Positions 46,616 through 58,250 of a DNA stretch of 64,000 nucleotides are shown in pieces. The DNA is from Hypanus sabinus (Eukaryota), in the NCBI RefSeq assembly GCF_030144855.1, contig NC_082731.1, forward strand, positions 24,428,001-24,492,000. The letters are read 5' to 3'. The first letter of the stretch is position 1. Each line of letters opens with the position of its first letter. A program made the position numbers and the translations under genes. The notes under the pieces are model-generated. The model saw nothing but the letters and a program-made list of their open reading frames with translations, ran no database searches and was not told where the DNA came from.

Positions 46616-49600
46616 TAGTGAATGATCAGCCATGATCTCAGAATGGCCTTGCAGACTCGAGGGGCCGAATGGTCTACTTCTGCACCTATTGTCTATTGTC
46701 TATTGTCACTACAGGAGAGGTAAGTCGAGTCAGTTCACCTCATTAATCTAATTAGCTTTGAAGTAGGTTAAGGTGGCAGATGTTAGGGCAGTTGAGTGCT
46801 CCGTTTGCAGTATTGTGGAAGACGGGGCGAGCACAGCTGTCCCTGATGACTACACCTGCAAAAGCCGCATCCAGCTGCACCTCCTGACAAACCGTGTTAG
46901 GGAACTGGAGTTCGAGCTGGATGAACTTCAGATTATTTGAGAAGCCGAGGCAGAAATAGACAGGAGTCTTCGGGAGTTAGTCTCCCCTACGAGTCTGAAG
47001 CCAGGTAGTTGGGTGACTGCCAGGAGAGGCAGTAACTGCAGAGCATTCCTGATGCCTTTCCCATCCACAATAAGTATACCGTTTTGGGTACTGTTGGAGG
47101 GGACGGCCGACCAGGGACAAGTTGCTGTGGTTGTGTCTCTGGCACCGAGACTGGACTCTCAATTGAGAAGTGAAGGAGGGAAAGGAGGAGAGCATTGGTG
47201 AGGGGGATTCAATAGTTAGGGGGACAGATATCAGGTTCTATGGAAGAGATCGAGAATCATGGATTGTATCTTGCCTCACTGGTGCCTTTGTCCGCGATAT
47301 GGCGGATGGAGTTCTCAATATTCTCAAGAGGGAGGGTGAGCAGCCGGAAGTCGTAGTCCATGTAAAGGCAAATGAGGATTGCAATCAGGGCCACGTGTAG
47401 ATATGCTTAGAAAGAGTAAGATACTGAAGCTCAACACAAGGTTGGAGACATGGTGCAGGAGGGAGCGCTTCAGATTTATAGATAACCGTGCAGTTTTCGA
47501 AGGAAGGTGGGACCTGTTCCGGCGGGACGGTTTACATTTGAAGTGGAAGCGGACAGATATTCTTGAAGGTAGGTTTGCTAGAGAGGCTCCAGTGGATTTA
47601 AACTAGATACGAGCGGTGAGGGGAACCAGAGTGTAGGAACAGATATATAGGAGAAGGAAGAAAAAGGAGACTGTAAAGTTCTTTATGTTGTTAGAGATAA
47701 ACAGAGAGGAAGAGGTGGAGAATTTCTTAAATGCATTTATTTTAATGCTTGGAGCATTGTAAGAGAGATGGATGAGCTTAGAGTACGGAATGATACTTGA
47801 AAATATGATGTTTTAGCTATTGGTTAAACCAGGGTACAAGAGGGGTGTGTTTGGCAACTAAATATTCATGGATTTATTTGCTTCGGGTGTGATAGAATGG
47901 GAGGGACAAGAGAGGGAGGTGTCGCGTTGCTTGTCAGAGAAAATATTACAGTGGTGCTCTGGCAGGATAGGTTAGAGAGGTACTTTAGGGATACTATTTC
48001 GGTGGAATTTTGGAATGAGGAATGTCTAGGAACACTCATAGGGGTGTATTATAGATCACCTAATAGGGAGAGAGAATTGGAGGAGCAAATTCGTAGAGAG
48101 ATAGTAGATATTTGTAGGAAGCACAGGGTTGTGATTATGGGGGAATTTAATCTTCCACCACAGACTGGGGAGACCATTCTGTAAAAAGGTTGGATTGACT
48201 GGAGTTGATAAGATGAGTCCGGTTTTTGGGTCCTGTGATCAGAATGCCATTAGAATCAATGTAATTATGGAAAAGGATTGGAGAGTACCCAGTGTTGATA
48301 TTTTTGATTGGAGAAAGGCTAACTTTGAGGAGTTGCGTTAGGATTTGAAAGGAGAGGTTTGGGACATTTTTTTTAAATGGAAGAATGTAATGGAGAAATG
48401 GAGGTCATTTAAATTTGTAATTGTAACGATACAGAATCTTTATTTTCCTGTTAGGTTGAAAGGAAAGGTTAAATGTTTGAGGGAAAGATGGTTTTGAACC
48501 GCAATTGGAAGCTTGGTTAGGAAAAAGAGATATATCTACACGAAATATCGGCATCATGGAGTAAATGATTTGCTCGAGGAATATAGAGAACTTAAGAAGA
48601 ATCTTAAGAAAGAAAGTAAAAGCTAAAAGAAGAGACGAGATTGCTTTCACAAGTGAGGTGAAGATAAATCAGAAGGGTTTTTATAGTTATATAAATAGCT
48701 ATAGGATAGTGAGAGATAAGATTGGTCCTTAGAGAATCAGAGTGGACTGCTATGTGTGGAGCCGAAAGACATGGGGGAGCTTTTGAAAAAAACTATTTTC
48801 GTCGGTATTTCTAAGCAAAAGGATATTGAATTGTGTAAGTGGAACACATACAGAAGTTATGGAAACTATGACGATTAACGAGAAGGAAATATATGCATTT
48901 TTATGGAATATAAATGTGGATAAATCTCCGGATACTGACATGATATTCCCTTGGAACTTGAGTGAAGTTACTGTTGAAATGGCAGTGGTTCTGACCGAAA
49001 TACTACAAATGTCACTAGAAACGGGGATGGTGCCGGAGGATTGGCTTATTTCTCATGTGGTTCCATTGTTTAAAAACTGTTGTAATAGAGAATCTAGTAA
49101 TTATAGGCCTGTCCGTTTGACATCAGTGGTTGGTATATTAATGGAAAAAAATCTTACATATGGTATATATAGTATATCGTATATATAATTACCTGGATAG
49201 AAACTGCCTCTTTGGGAATAGGCAATGTGGATTTGTGCGTGAAAGGTAATGTTTTACAAATCTTTTTGAATCATTTGAAGTGGTTACATTATTGATCTGG
49301 AGGTCGGGGTGATAAATTGGATTATTAAGTATAAGGTGATACTAATGTAGGTGACGTTGTGGATTATGAAGTAAGTTTTCAAATACTGCAGAGAGATTTA
49401 CTCCAATTGATGTCAGATGGAGTTTAAAGCTGATAAGTGTGAAGTGCTACATTTTGTTAGGAATAATCAAATTTTGAAATACATGGTTAATGGTAGGGCA
49501 TTGAAGAACTCGGTAGAACAGAGTGATCAATAAATAATAGTGTATAGTTCCCTGAAGGTGGAATCTCATGTCGATAGGGTTCTTAATAAAGCTCTTGCTA

Positions 49601-51694
49601 TGTTCGCTTTTAAAAATCAGAGCATTGAGTATAGAAGTTGGGATGTAATGTTAAAATTCTTCTAGGAAATGCTAAGGCCGAATTTGGAGCATTGTGTACA
49701 GTACTGGTCACCGAATTATATCAAAAATATCCACAAAATAGGGAGAGTAAAGAGATGATTTACTACAATGTTACCTTGGTTTCAGCACATCAGTTACAGG
49801 GAACTGTTGAACAAGTTAGGTTTTTGTTCTTTGGAGCGTAGAAGGTTGAGAGAGGTTTTGATGGAGGTATTTAAATTTATGAGAGGAGTAGATAGTTTTG
49901 AAGTGTTTAGGCTTTTTTTTCGATTGAGAGTGGGGTAGATTCAAACAAGAGGAGATGAGCTGAGACTTAAGGGACAATAGTTTAAGGGTAACACGATTTG
50001 GAACTTCTTAACTCATTTAGTGGTAGTTATGTGTAACGAGCTTCCGGTAGAAGTGATAGAGGCAGGTTCGATATTGTCATTAAAAAAATGTATAGGCATA
50101 CGGATAGGAAAGGAATGTAGGGTTATGAGTTGAGAGCAGGTTGATGGGACGAGGTGAGAGTAAGCGTTTGGCACAGACTAGAGGGGGCGAGAAGGCCTGT
50201 TTCGGTGCTGTAGTTGTTATATGTTTATATGGTCTTCCTCTTTCACGGAAATCCTTCAGACTTTATGAATAACAGGGGTCCCCAATTAATTTTGAAATTC
50301 TGGAATTCCTTTTGTTGAGCCGTGGTTGCCTCAGTTAGCCTGTCGTCCGTCTTTCATCAGACGATAGGGAAAACGGAATGAGTCAACCAGGCAAACAACC
50401 AGTTTTAAAGTATCAACCAACTCGCGTGGATAGATTACGCCCACAATGGTTAGCACACCACCGGAAGATCTCCTTTTGAATGTTCTCTTGGTTACCAACC
50501 CACTCTGTTTCCTGCTCAGGATGAGGATACTGCGGTGCCCTCTGTTCAGGCGCATTTCCACAGGTGCCGCAGAGTGTAGGAAGACACACGCACGGCCCTT
50601 CTCCGCTCAGCCGACCACAGTCGGAGGATTACCGGTCGCCATCGCTTTCTTGTACCTGAATATCGACCTGGGCAGAAGGGGTGATTGTCGTCGAACAACA
50701 AACCTTCGAGAATGAGCCAGAGAAATCGCCTGTCGCTTCCTTAGACATTTCCATATTACGGGTACTATCATCCCCACGGCGATTCGACTCAATCTACCTA
50801 AATCTATGCATATCCATCCTACATTTCACGTTTTACAACCGATGTCTGTCAACTCCTTGTGCCCTACAACTGAACCTCCTACATCCACTCGGTCCATCGA
50901 CGACCACCCGGCGTACACTGTCCTGTGGTTGCTGGATGTGCGCCATCGGGTCAGAGGCCTTCAGTAACTGATCGACTGGGAAGTATATGCCCAGGAGAAA
51001 CGTTGCCGGATTCCCCGATGCTTCATCCTGACCATTCCCTCATCCTTGATTTCCATCGGGACAATCCAGACAAGCCTGGCGGATTGCCTGGAGACTCATG
51101 TTCTGGACGAAGTTTTCATGGTCCCGTTTGGCTGTCGCCCATATCGCTCCTATTTGATTGATTATGCCTAAATGACAATTGTTAGTTTCAGAATTGCGCT
51201 AGCTTTATAATTACAGCACACCCGGTTTCCATCAGAGAGTACAGGATAAGACCGCTGGCGTCATAACCACGGGTCGCCAATTAGTTGGTCGATTTCCGTG
51301 TGTTTACCCTCTTTCCCGATCACTTAGCAACGTTAGTTCTACGTTCAGCTCCACTCATTGGGTATCCTACGATAGCCTCGTCTCCGGGTCAAGAATCCCC
51401 TGGCTACCTGTTCCACGATAGGGACTGTGCAAACACCTCTCAACCCTAACTCATTGTCTCTGTACTGCACTTGGTTTCGGCCCTAGTCATCCCTGTTAAC
51501 ACCCGTGTTTCAGAAGACTCTGTACATATTGAACCTCTAATAAAATAAGTCATGTCCTTCAATCAATGAGGTCTTGATTGAGAAGAAATTCGAGGATAAT
51601 CGAAGCTAATAGGACTAAAAATAATCGCATGGAAGGCATTAAAGAATGTCGGTATACTTTTTTTTGGTGCATTTCCCCCCTCGGCAAATGATAC

Positions 51695-54420
51695 AAAGAT
51701 GCATAGAAAACCTAGAGCACAATAGCGGCACGTCGGCCCACAACACTCTACTGAACAGGTCCCTTAGAACTAACTCAGCTTTAATCATAGCCCTCTATTT
51801 TTATGAGCTCAATATAGACATCCAGAAGTCAACTAAAAGACCCTATCGGTTCTGCCGCTGTCAGCACATTCCACGCACGCACCACTCTCTGCGTAAAATT
51901 CCTACTCTTGATATCTCCTCTGTACCTGCTTCAAGCAAATTAAAATTATGCCATCCCATGCTAGCCACTTCAGCCCCGGAGAAAAGCTTCTGACTATCCA
52001 ACTGATCAATGTCTCTCATTATCTTGAAGCCCTCAATCTGTTCACCTCTTAACTTCCGTCGCTCCAAGGAGGGAAAGGCCGAGCTGAATAAGGCATGTTT
52101 TGCAAACAGGTGAAGTAACGCGAACCTCCTCGGCACCCTTTCTATGGAGTCTTCGTCCTTCGTGTAGAGAGGAGACCGGAAATGATCACAGTACTTCAGG
52201 TGGGGACTGACCAGGATCCTCTATTCTTTCAGCATTACCGCTCAGCTCTAAAAATCAATCACAAGGTTGATGAAGGTCAATGTTCTGCATGTCTTCTTAA
52301 CCAGAGTCAGCCTGCGTAGCAGCATTAAATATGCTATGGAGATGAACGCCAAGACCCTCTAATCCTCCATTCCGCCGTGTCATACACTCAATGCTATATA
52401 CTGCCATGCTGCTTAAGCTAACAAAATGAACGACCTCACACTTATCTGGGTTAAGCTCCATCTGCTACTTTTCAGGGCAGTTGCGCATCCTATAGATGTC
52501 CCGTTTTAACCTATGACAACACTCCACACTATGCAGAACACTCCGAATCTTTCGTCATCAGCAAAATTGCTAACTCATCCCTCCAATTTCTCATCCTTGT
52601 CATTTTTAAAAGTCAAAAATAGTAGGGGATCCAAAACAAATCCCTGAAGAACACCACAGGTTACCCGACGCCATGCACAATATGGTCTGTCTGCAACCAT
52701 TTTTTGCCGTCTGTAGGCAAGCCAGTTCTCGATGCTCAAAGTTATGTTCCCTTGGAACAAATACCTCCTTACATTCTCAGTCAGCAATGCATCAGATAAC
52801 TTTTCAAGTGAATAACTAAAATGTATGTGCACGACATCTACGGCTCTATCTTCATCAATGTGTTTAGACTCACCCTCAAAAAGTTCAATCAGGCTCGTAA
52901 GGCATGAGCTGCCAGGCATGGTGCAAAGATCATTGTCGGAGGCTCAGCAATCTCATCTCTCAATTCCCAAAGTAGTCTAGGTTATAGCCTCTTCCGGTCA
53001 CAGTGACTTATCCAACTTGATGCTTTACTGAAGCTCCAGCTTATCCCCTTCCTTAATATAAAATATTTTACTCCACTGTAAGTCATCCCTACTATCGCCT
53101 AGATCCTTCGTAGTGAATACTGAAGTAAGGGTTTCATTAAATAACTCCAGTATTTCTTCTGCTGCCATACACTGTATTTCACTGTCACAGTTGACTATTC
53201 TTATTTTCTTATGTCTCATCTTCTTGCTCTTCAGATACTTGTAGACTGCCTTCGGGCTTTCTTTAACCCTGTCAGCTAAAGCCTGCTGACGGCCCCTTCC
53301 GGCTCTCATAATTTCATTCATAAGTCCTTCTTGCTCGTCTTATAACTTTCGAGATTGCTATCATTCATTGACGTTGTTTTTTAACCTTTCTTTTTCTTTT
53401 TTTTTTTTGAATTTCGTAGGTTCTTTTTTGCTGCCATCCTTTCAGGGTCTCATTGCAACTTTCCTATTCAGAACCCCACACAAATATCCCTTGAACATTG
53501 CCACATTTCCTCTGTACGTAGCCCTGAGAACATCTGATCCCAACTTATAATTCCATGTTCCTGCCTGGCAGTCTCATATTTCGCCTGACAATGTTTTCCT
53601 AACTTGTCTGTTCCTATGCCTCTGCAATGTTATGGTAAAAGAGATAGAATTGTGACCTCTAGCACCAAAATGCTCTCTCAGTGAGTGTCCATTCATCGAA
53701 CAGACTAATTTCCCTTCAGCAGATCAAGCACAGCCTCACATCCTGGATGTAGGTTTATCTAAAATCTTGTCAGGAAACCTTGCTGAACACAAAGAACAAG
53801 CTCCACTCCATCTGAACCCTGTGCTCTAGTGAGATGCCAATCAATATTTGGGAAATGAAAATCTCCCACCACAACAAACCAGTTATTTTTACTCCTCTCC
53901 ACTTCTGTTTCCCTCTCTACTCCGCAGTATCCGTGTTACGCTTGGGTGTTCTCTGAAAGACGCCCAGCAGAGTGACTGATCCCTTCCTATTCCTACATCC
54001 ATGTTTTCCTCCATTACTGCAGCATTGACAATATCTCTGATCAACAGCTTCGCGCCCTCACCTACATAGCTTCCTTCCCTATATTTTCTGAAGCATCTAA
54101 ACACTGTCACTGAAGTAGCCATACCTGCCCCTTTACAACCAATTCTGTGTAAGTGCCAGAATATCATAGCTCCAGGTGCTGCTCCACGTATTACGTTCGT
54201 ACGCTGATTTTCATAATACTCGTAATGCTCGCATTGAAATAGACACAACTCAAACCATCGGGTTGAGCGCGGCCATTGACTTTCAGCTGACTGAACTCCC
54301 TTTTGCACGGTCTCCAAGATGTCTCTATTTGTGAGCTAAACTCTCTTTTCTCAGTTACTTGATTTCCATTCCCACCCCACAGCAATTCTAGTTTAAACTC
54401 TGCCCACTATCTTTCGAAAG
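51695..54420 (-). mobile_element. Decayed CR1 on the minus strand
   Basis: SSCLTSLIELFEG..VTCGVLQGFVLDPLLF (52575-52919), LADRVKESPKAVYKYLKSK (53025-53321), endonuclease remnants to ~54300. Confidence 0.85.
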
Positions 54421-54434
54421 CTTCCCCTTCAGAA

Positions 54435-55195
54435 TGCATTGGCAAGAAAAAGTTTGGGCACCCGTGGGTAAAATAGTTTCTACTGTGAATAGCTAAGTGA
54501 CTGCAAGCTGAACTGATCTCCAAAAGTCATAAAGTTAAAGATGAAGCTTTTTGGTTCAACAATTTAAGGAAAATTAGTGGATGATTTTTTTGTTTTTTTT
54601 TAGAGTGAAAACAATTTGAAAGGAGCACCATGCAAAAGTGTGCGCACCCCAGCGGATTTGAGCTCTTAGATATCTTTTAACAAGGTCTCAGACATTAATT
54701 AGGTTGTAATGGCGATGAAATGTTTCACAGTTATCTTTAGGAAAGAACAGGCTTCTGCATACTTCTACGCTTTTTAAATATCCTGACTCCTCAAGTCTTG
54801 TCCCAACAATCAGTAGTCATGGAGTCCTCTAAACAGCTAGCTAGGACTCTGAAAATTAAAATAAATTGTGCCCACAAAGCAGGAGAAGGTTATAAGTAAG
54901 CAGAAATGCGTTTTCAGTTAGTCGTGTCCTCGGTTCGTAAAGCAATTAAGAAATGGTACTTAACAGGAACGCTGGAGGTCAAGTTGAGGTCTGGAAGTCC
55001 ACAAAAACTTTCCAAGGGAACTGCTCGAAGTATCGCTAGAAAAAACAAATCAAACCTCCCGTTTGACTGCAAAGGACTTTCACGAACATTTAGCAGACTC
55101 TGGACTGCTGGTGTATTGTTATGCTCTGCAGTGATACATACAGAAATATGACCTTTATGGAAGAGAATTCTGAAGAAAAGCTTGCAATGGTGCAG
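54435..55195 (+). mobile_element. Tc1 IR/DR transposon, 5' half only
   Basis: Outer DR gaaaaagtttgggcacccg, inner DR gcaaaagtgtgcgcacccc (~54630); transposase start ATG 54819 MESSKQLARTLKIK..GEGYK..VSSVRKAIKKWYLTGTLEVKLRSGSPQKLS (paired-like HTH). Confidence 0.75.
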
Positions 55196-55214
55196 AATTT
55201 CATGATGAGAACGC

Positions 55215-56210
55215 CTTTCCAAATGAACCAAATGAAAACGATGTAAAATTTATGCAGGAGGCTTTTTTTTTTAATTTGGCAGACGCACACGATAAAATAT
55301 TAATAGGTGGAAACTTTAACCTTTGTCTAGACCCAGTATTAGATAGGTCAACAAAGGTTGTTACAAAACCAAAAGTAGCAAAATTAACTTTATCATTGAT
55401 GAAAGTTTTAAATTTGATTCATAGGTATAAAACAATTAACCCAAGAGAAAGAGATTATTCATTTTATTCAAATAGACATAAAACTTATTCAAGGATAGAT
55501 TTTTTTCTTGCTATCAGCGAATAATCAAGGCAGAGTGAAAGATATGGAAATTAAAGCAAGAATATTGTCAGATCATTCCGCTTGATAATGATAATGATGG
55601 ATACGGAGGAATCGATTTATAGATGACCATTTAATTCAATATTATTTGAACGTCAAGATTATTGTGATTTGATGAAAAAAGCTGATTCACTGTTTTTTAG
55701 ATGCAAACACACATTCAGTTGTTGATGATAAATTTATATTATGGGAAGCGATGAAGGCATATTTGAGGGCCCAGAAAATGTTATACTTCTAAAATTAAGT
55801 AGGAATATATAGCCGAAATTAATTTATTGGGAAAAGAGATTACAAAATTAGAAAAAAAATCTCAAAGATATATAACAGAAGAAAAAAACACAGACATCTT
55901 GTTAATAAGAAGCTACAATATAATACACTTCGGACATACCGAACAGAAAAAGCAATCATGTGTACTAAACAGATATATTATGAAGTAGGTGAAAGATCTT
56001 GCAAGATTCTTCCTTGGCAGGTAGAAACATACCAGGCTTCCAAAACGATAACTGCAATTAGAACAAGTGTAAAGAAATTACTTATAAACCTTTAGAAATC
56101 ATTGAAACATTTCTAATTTTTTATTTGCTATTGTATCAAACAGAATTACAAAACGATGTCGTTGAGATAGAAAAGATTTTATCACAAATAACTCTCCCAA
56201 AATAGAATTC
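55215..56210 (+). mobile_element. L1/Tx1-type ORF2 fragment (endonuclease C-terminus and linker)
   Basis: KILIGGNFNLCLDPVLDRS..INPRERDYSFYSNRHKTYSRIDFFL, then attgtcagatcattc (SDH) and an AT-rich linker. Confidence 0.75.
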
Positions 56211-56451
56211 GGAGGGTGCCTTTTACATCATATAAATAATTCCTGGCTTGAATTTTAGAAGCTGCGCATTCCCAATGGGAGAGCTTGTCATCCATTATTG
56301 ATGTAATTGACCTGATCGAAAGATGCTCGTTAACAGAAACTGAAGTATTTCGAATTGATACGGATGGTGCTAATGCTCTGTCAGAAAGGCCTCCTCTACC
56401 ACCACTCTGAACAGTGCATTGAGGGCAAGATACTGCCGACTCTATATGTAA

Positions 56452-56538
<87 letters not shown>
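56452..56538. repeat. (GATA)n tetranucleotide microsatellite
   Basis: Direct reading. Confidence 0.97.
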
Positions 56539-56539
<1 letters not shown>

Positions 56540-57339
56540 ATGAACTGTTCCCTCAATCATCATTTATAAGGACCCACTCCAATATTAAATGCATAACATC
56601 TCGTATTAAGTGAATAGTAAACAATAACAAGAAAGGAACAGCAACAACTGGGGATACGATGCCGTATGTCCATCTTATCTAATCCTCGCATAATCCTCTA
56701 AAGGTCTATATGTCCCCAGCTTCATCTGCCAATCCAATACGATTGACGAAATCGCATTGAACCACTTGTTATATCATCTGCTCGCTATTCTAGGCAGCAT
56801 CCTCTCCAGACATTCTGCTCCTGTCCAATTTTCGACGTATTTCTCACAATGTCGTGACAGAACAGCATCCACCATTCTAAATTCTAAATAGTACAGATGT
56901 GCAAACCAGAAAAAATACAACTTCTTCAATTTAGTATTTCATGCTAAGGGTAATAACAGCACGTATCAAGTCAAGTCGAGTCAACTTTTATTGTCATTTC
57001 GACAATAACTGTTGATACAGTGCTTAGTAAAAACGAGACAACGTATTTCAAGACCATGGTTTTACATGACACAGTACAAAAAACTAGACTGAACTAAGTA
57101 ATAATAAAAAAATAAACATAGTGAAAGTTACACTGGACTACAGACCGACACTGGACTGCATAAAGTGCAAAAAAACTGTGCAAGCATTGCAATAAATAAT
57201 AAACAGAACGGTAGGGGAAGTTTGTGCAAGTATGTTTTCGTAAATACCCTATCGAACTGTGTAGCTAAATTAAGAGATCTATGAACCTGCACGACAAGGT
57301 CCTTCTGCTCATCTGCACTGCTCAAAGTGTGCAACGTAT

Positions 57340-58250
57340 TACTGTAGTTGATCTTATGTTTGGCTTTCCAAGCTACAGTACTACAACAGTGGCTGGCGGG
57401 AATATAATTTTGATTTTACCACTCATATCTAAATCAGCTTTATTTTGTGTTGTGTTTTTATTATTCATCAGCAATATACACAACACCAGCATTTTCCTAT
57501 CTTCACCGAATATGTTAACCAACACATTTATATGCTCAGTTTTATCATTTAAATTCTTCACAATTAACAGAGATCACAGTATAGTTCTCTGCGTAGCACC
57601 ATTAATCATATAACTCCAGCTAAACTGATGTCCTTCCACCGCTAACTCTGCCTTGAATAGACAAGCCATTTATGAATGCAATACAGTCAATTAGTCATTG
57701 ATCCCATGCATACCCATTTTATCGATAGGCCTCTTATGAAGGATCCTGGAAAATTCTTTAATAAAATGTACCTAGTCAACAATCACCTTTCTACATTCCT
57801 GTATCATCATCGGCACCTTGAAAAACAAACGAAAAACGCCGCTAGCAAATATGAGGGGGCTGCAAAATTACGGTCTTTCGAATCAAGAAACGGATTTACA
57901 AAAGTTGTTGAAACCTTTCCATATCAATTATCGTCGGTAACTTCAGGAGGAATAGGGTCTGGGCACATCCACGCCAATCTTCTTCAATAGACACAACACT
58001 AACATCCCATTTGTTTCTAAATGTCTGTTATTAATTTCAGCACTAATATCAGTATTCTGCACATTGTTCTCTTCAGCAGACGCAATAAGAGAAAGAAAGA
58101 TAAAAAGCAAACAGCTGAAATCTGGTTTACGTTGCAGTTCTTTGGGACTGATTGAATAAAGAAGGTTGTTTTTATGCTCAGACAAAAGAATAATTCACGG
58201 ATACAGAAGGTCGTGTTCTACTCCGTCGCTATTCCATGAAAATGATAGCT
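57340..58250 (-). mobile_element. Very old CR1-group LINE RT relic
   Basis: Minus-strand remnants IFGED..KADLD and FIFLSLIASAEENN..GVDVPRPY loosely match (L)FADD..QEDLD and FASVF..KAPGPD regions. Confidence 0.4.

Larger units (their letters stand above)
42290..46707 (+). mobile_element. Young, near-intact full-length CR1 LINE
   Basis: 5'UTR, ORF1 from ATG 42673, ORF2 APE+RT, 3'UTR ending (CTATTGT)n at ~46707; flanked by CACT/CACT (42286-42289; 46707-46710). Confidence 0.93.
41951..50231 (+). mobile_element. Older full-length CR1 (5'UTR start 41951-42289, remainder 46708-50231) nested in the Gypsy integrase
   Basis: ORF1 zinc-finger/zipper/esterase remnants (46780-47600), endonuclease and RT remnants to ~50100, tail ggcctgtttcggtgctgtagttgttatatgtttatatg ending 50231. 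Confidence 0.8.
38250..51501 (+). mobile_element. Ty3/Gypsy chromovirus-type LTR retrotransposon (decayed), interrupted by an 8.28-kb nested CR1 insert
   Basis: 5' LTR 38250-38611 (TGTCAT..TGTTACA), 3' LTR ~51114-51501 (..TGTTAACA), flanks TCCGT/CCCGT (5-bp TSD, 1 mismatch). Gag (RSKIVYI, FSIKFRILARDAG), protease (AIVDSDAE), RT (PYDCVIDLLPG; YLDDIL ~40655), RNase H (EVDPFESGVAAVLSQ), integrase split at 41950/50232, chromodomain-like remnant ~50890-51020. Confidence 0.85.

Noticed and set aside
56182-56556. ORF with IYLS repeats
   Set aside because: Translation of the (GATA)n microsatellite.
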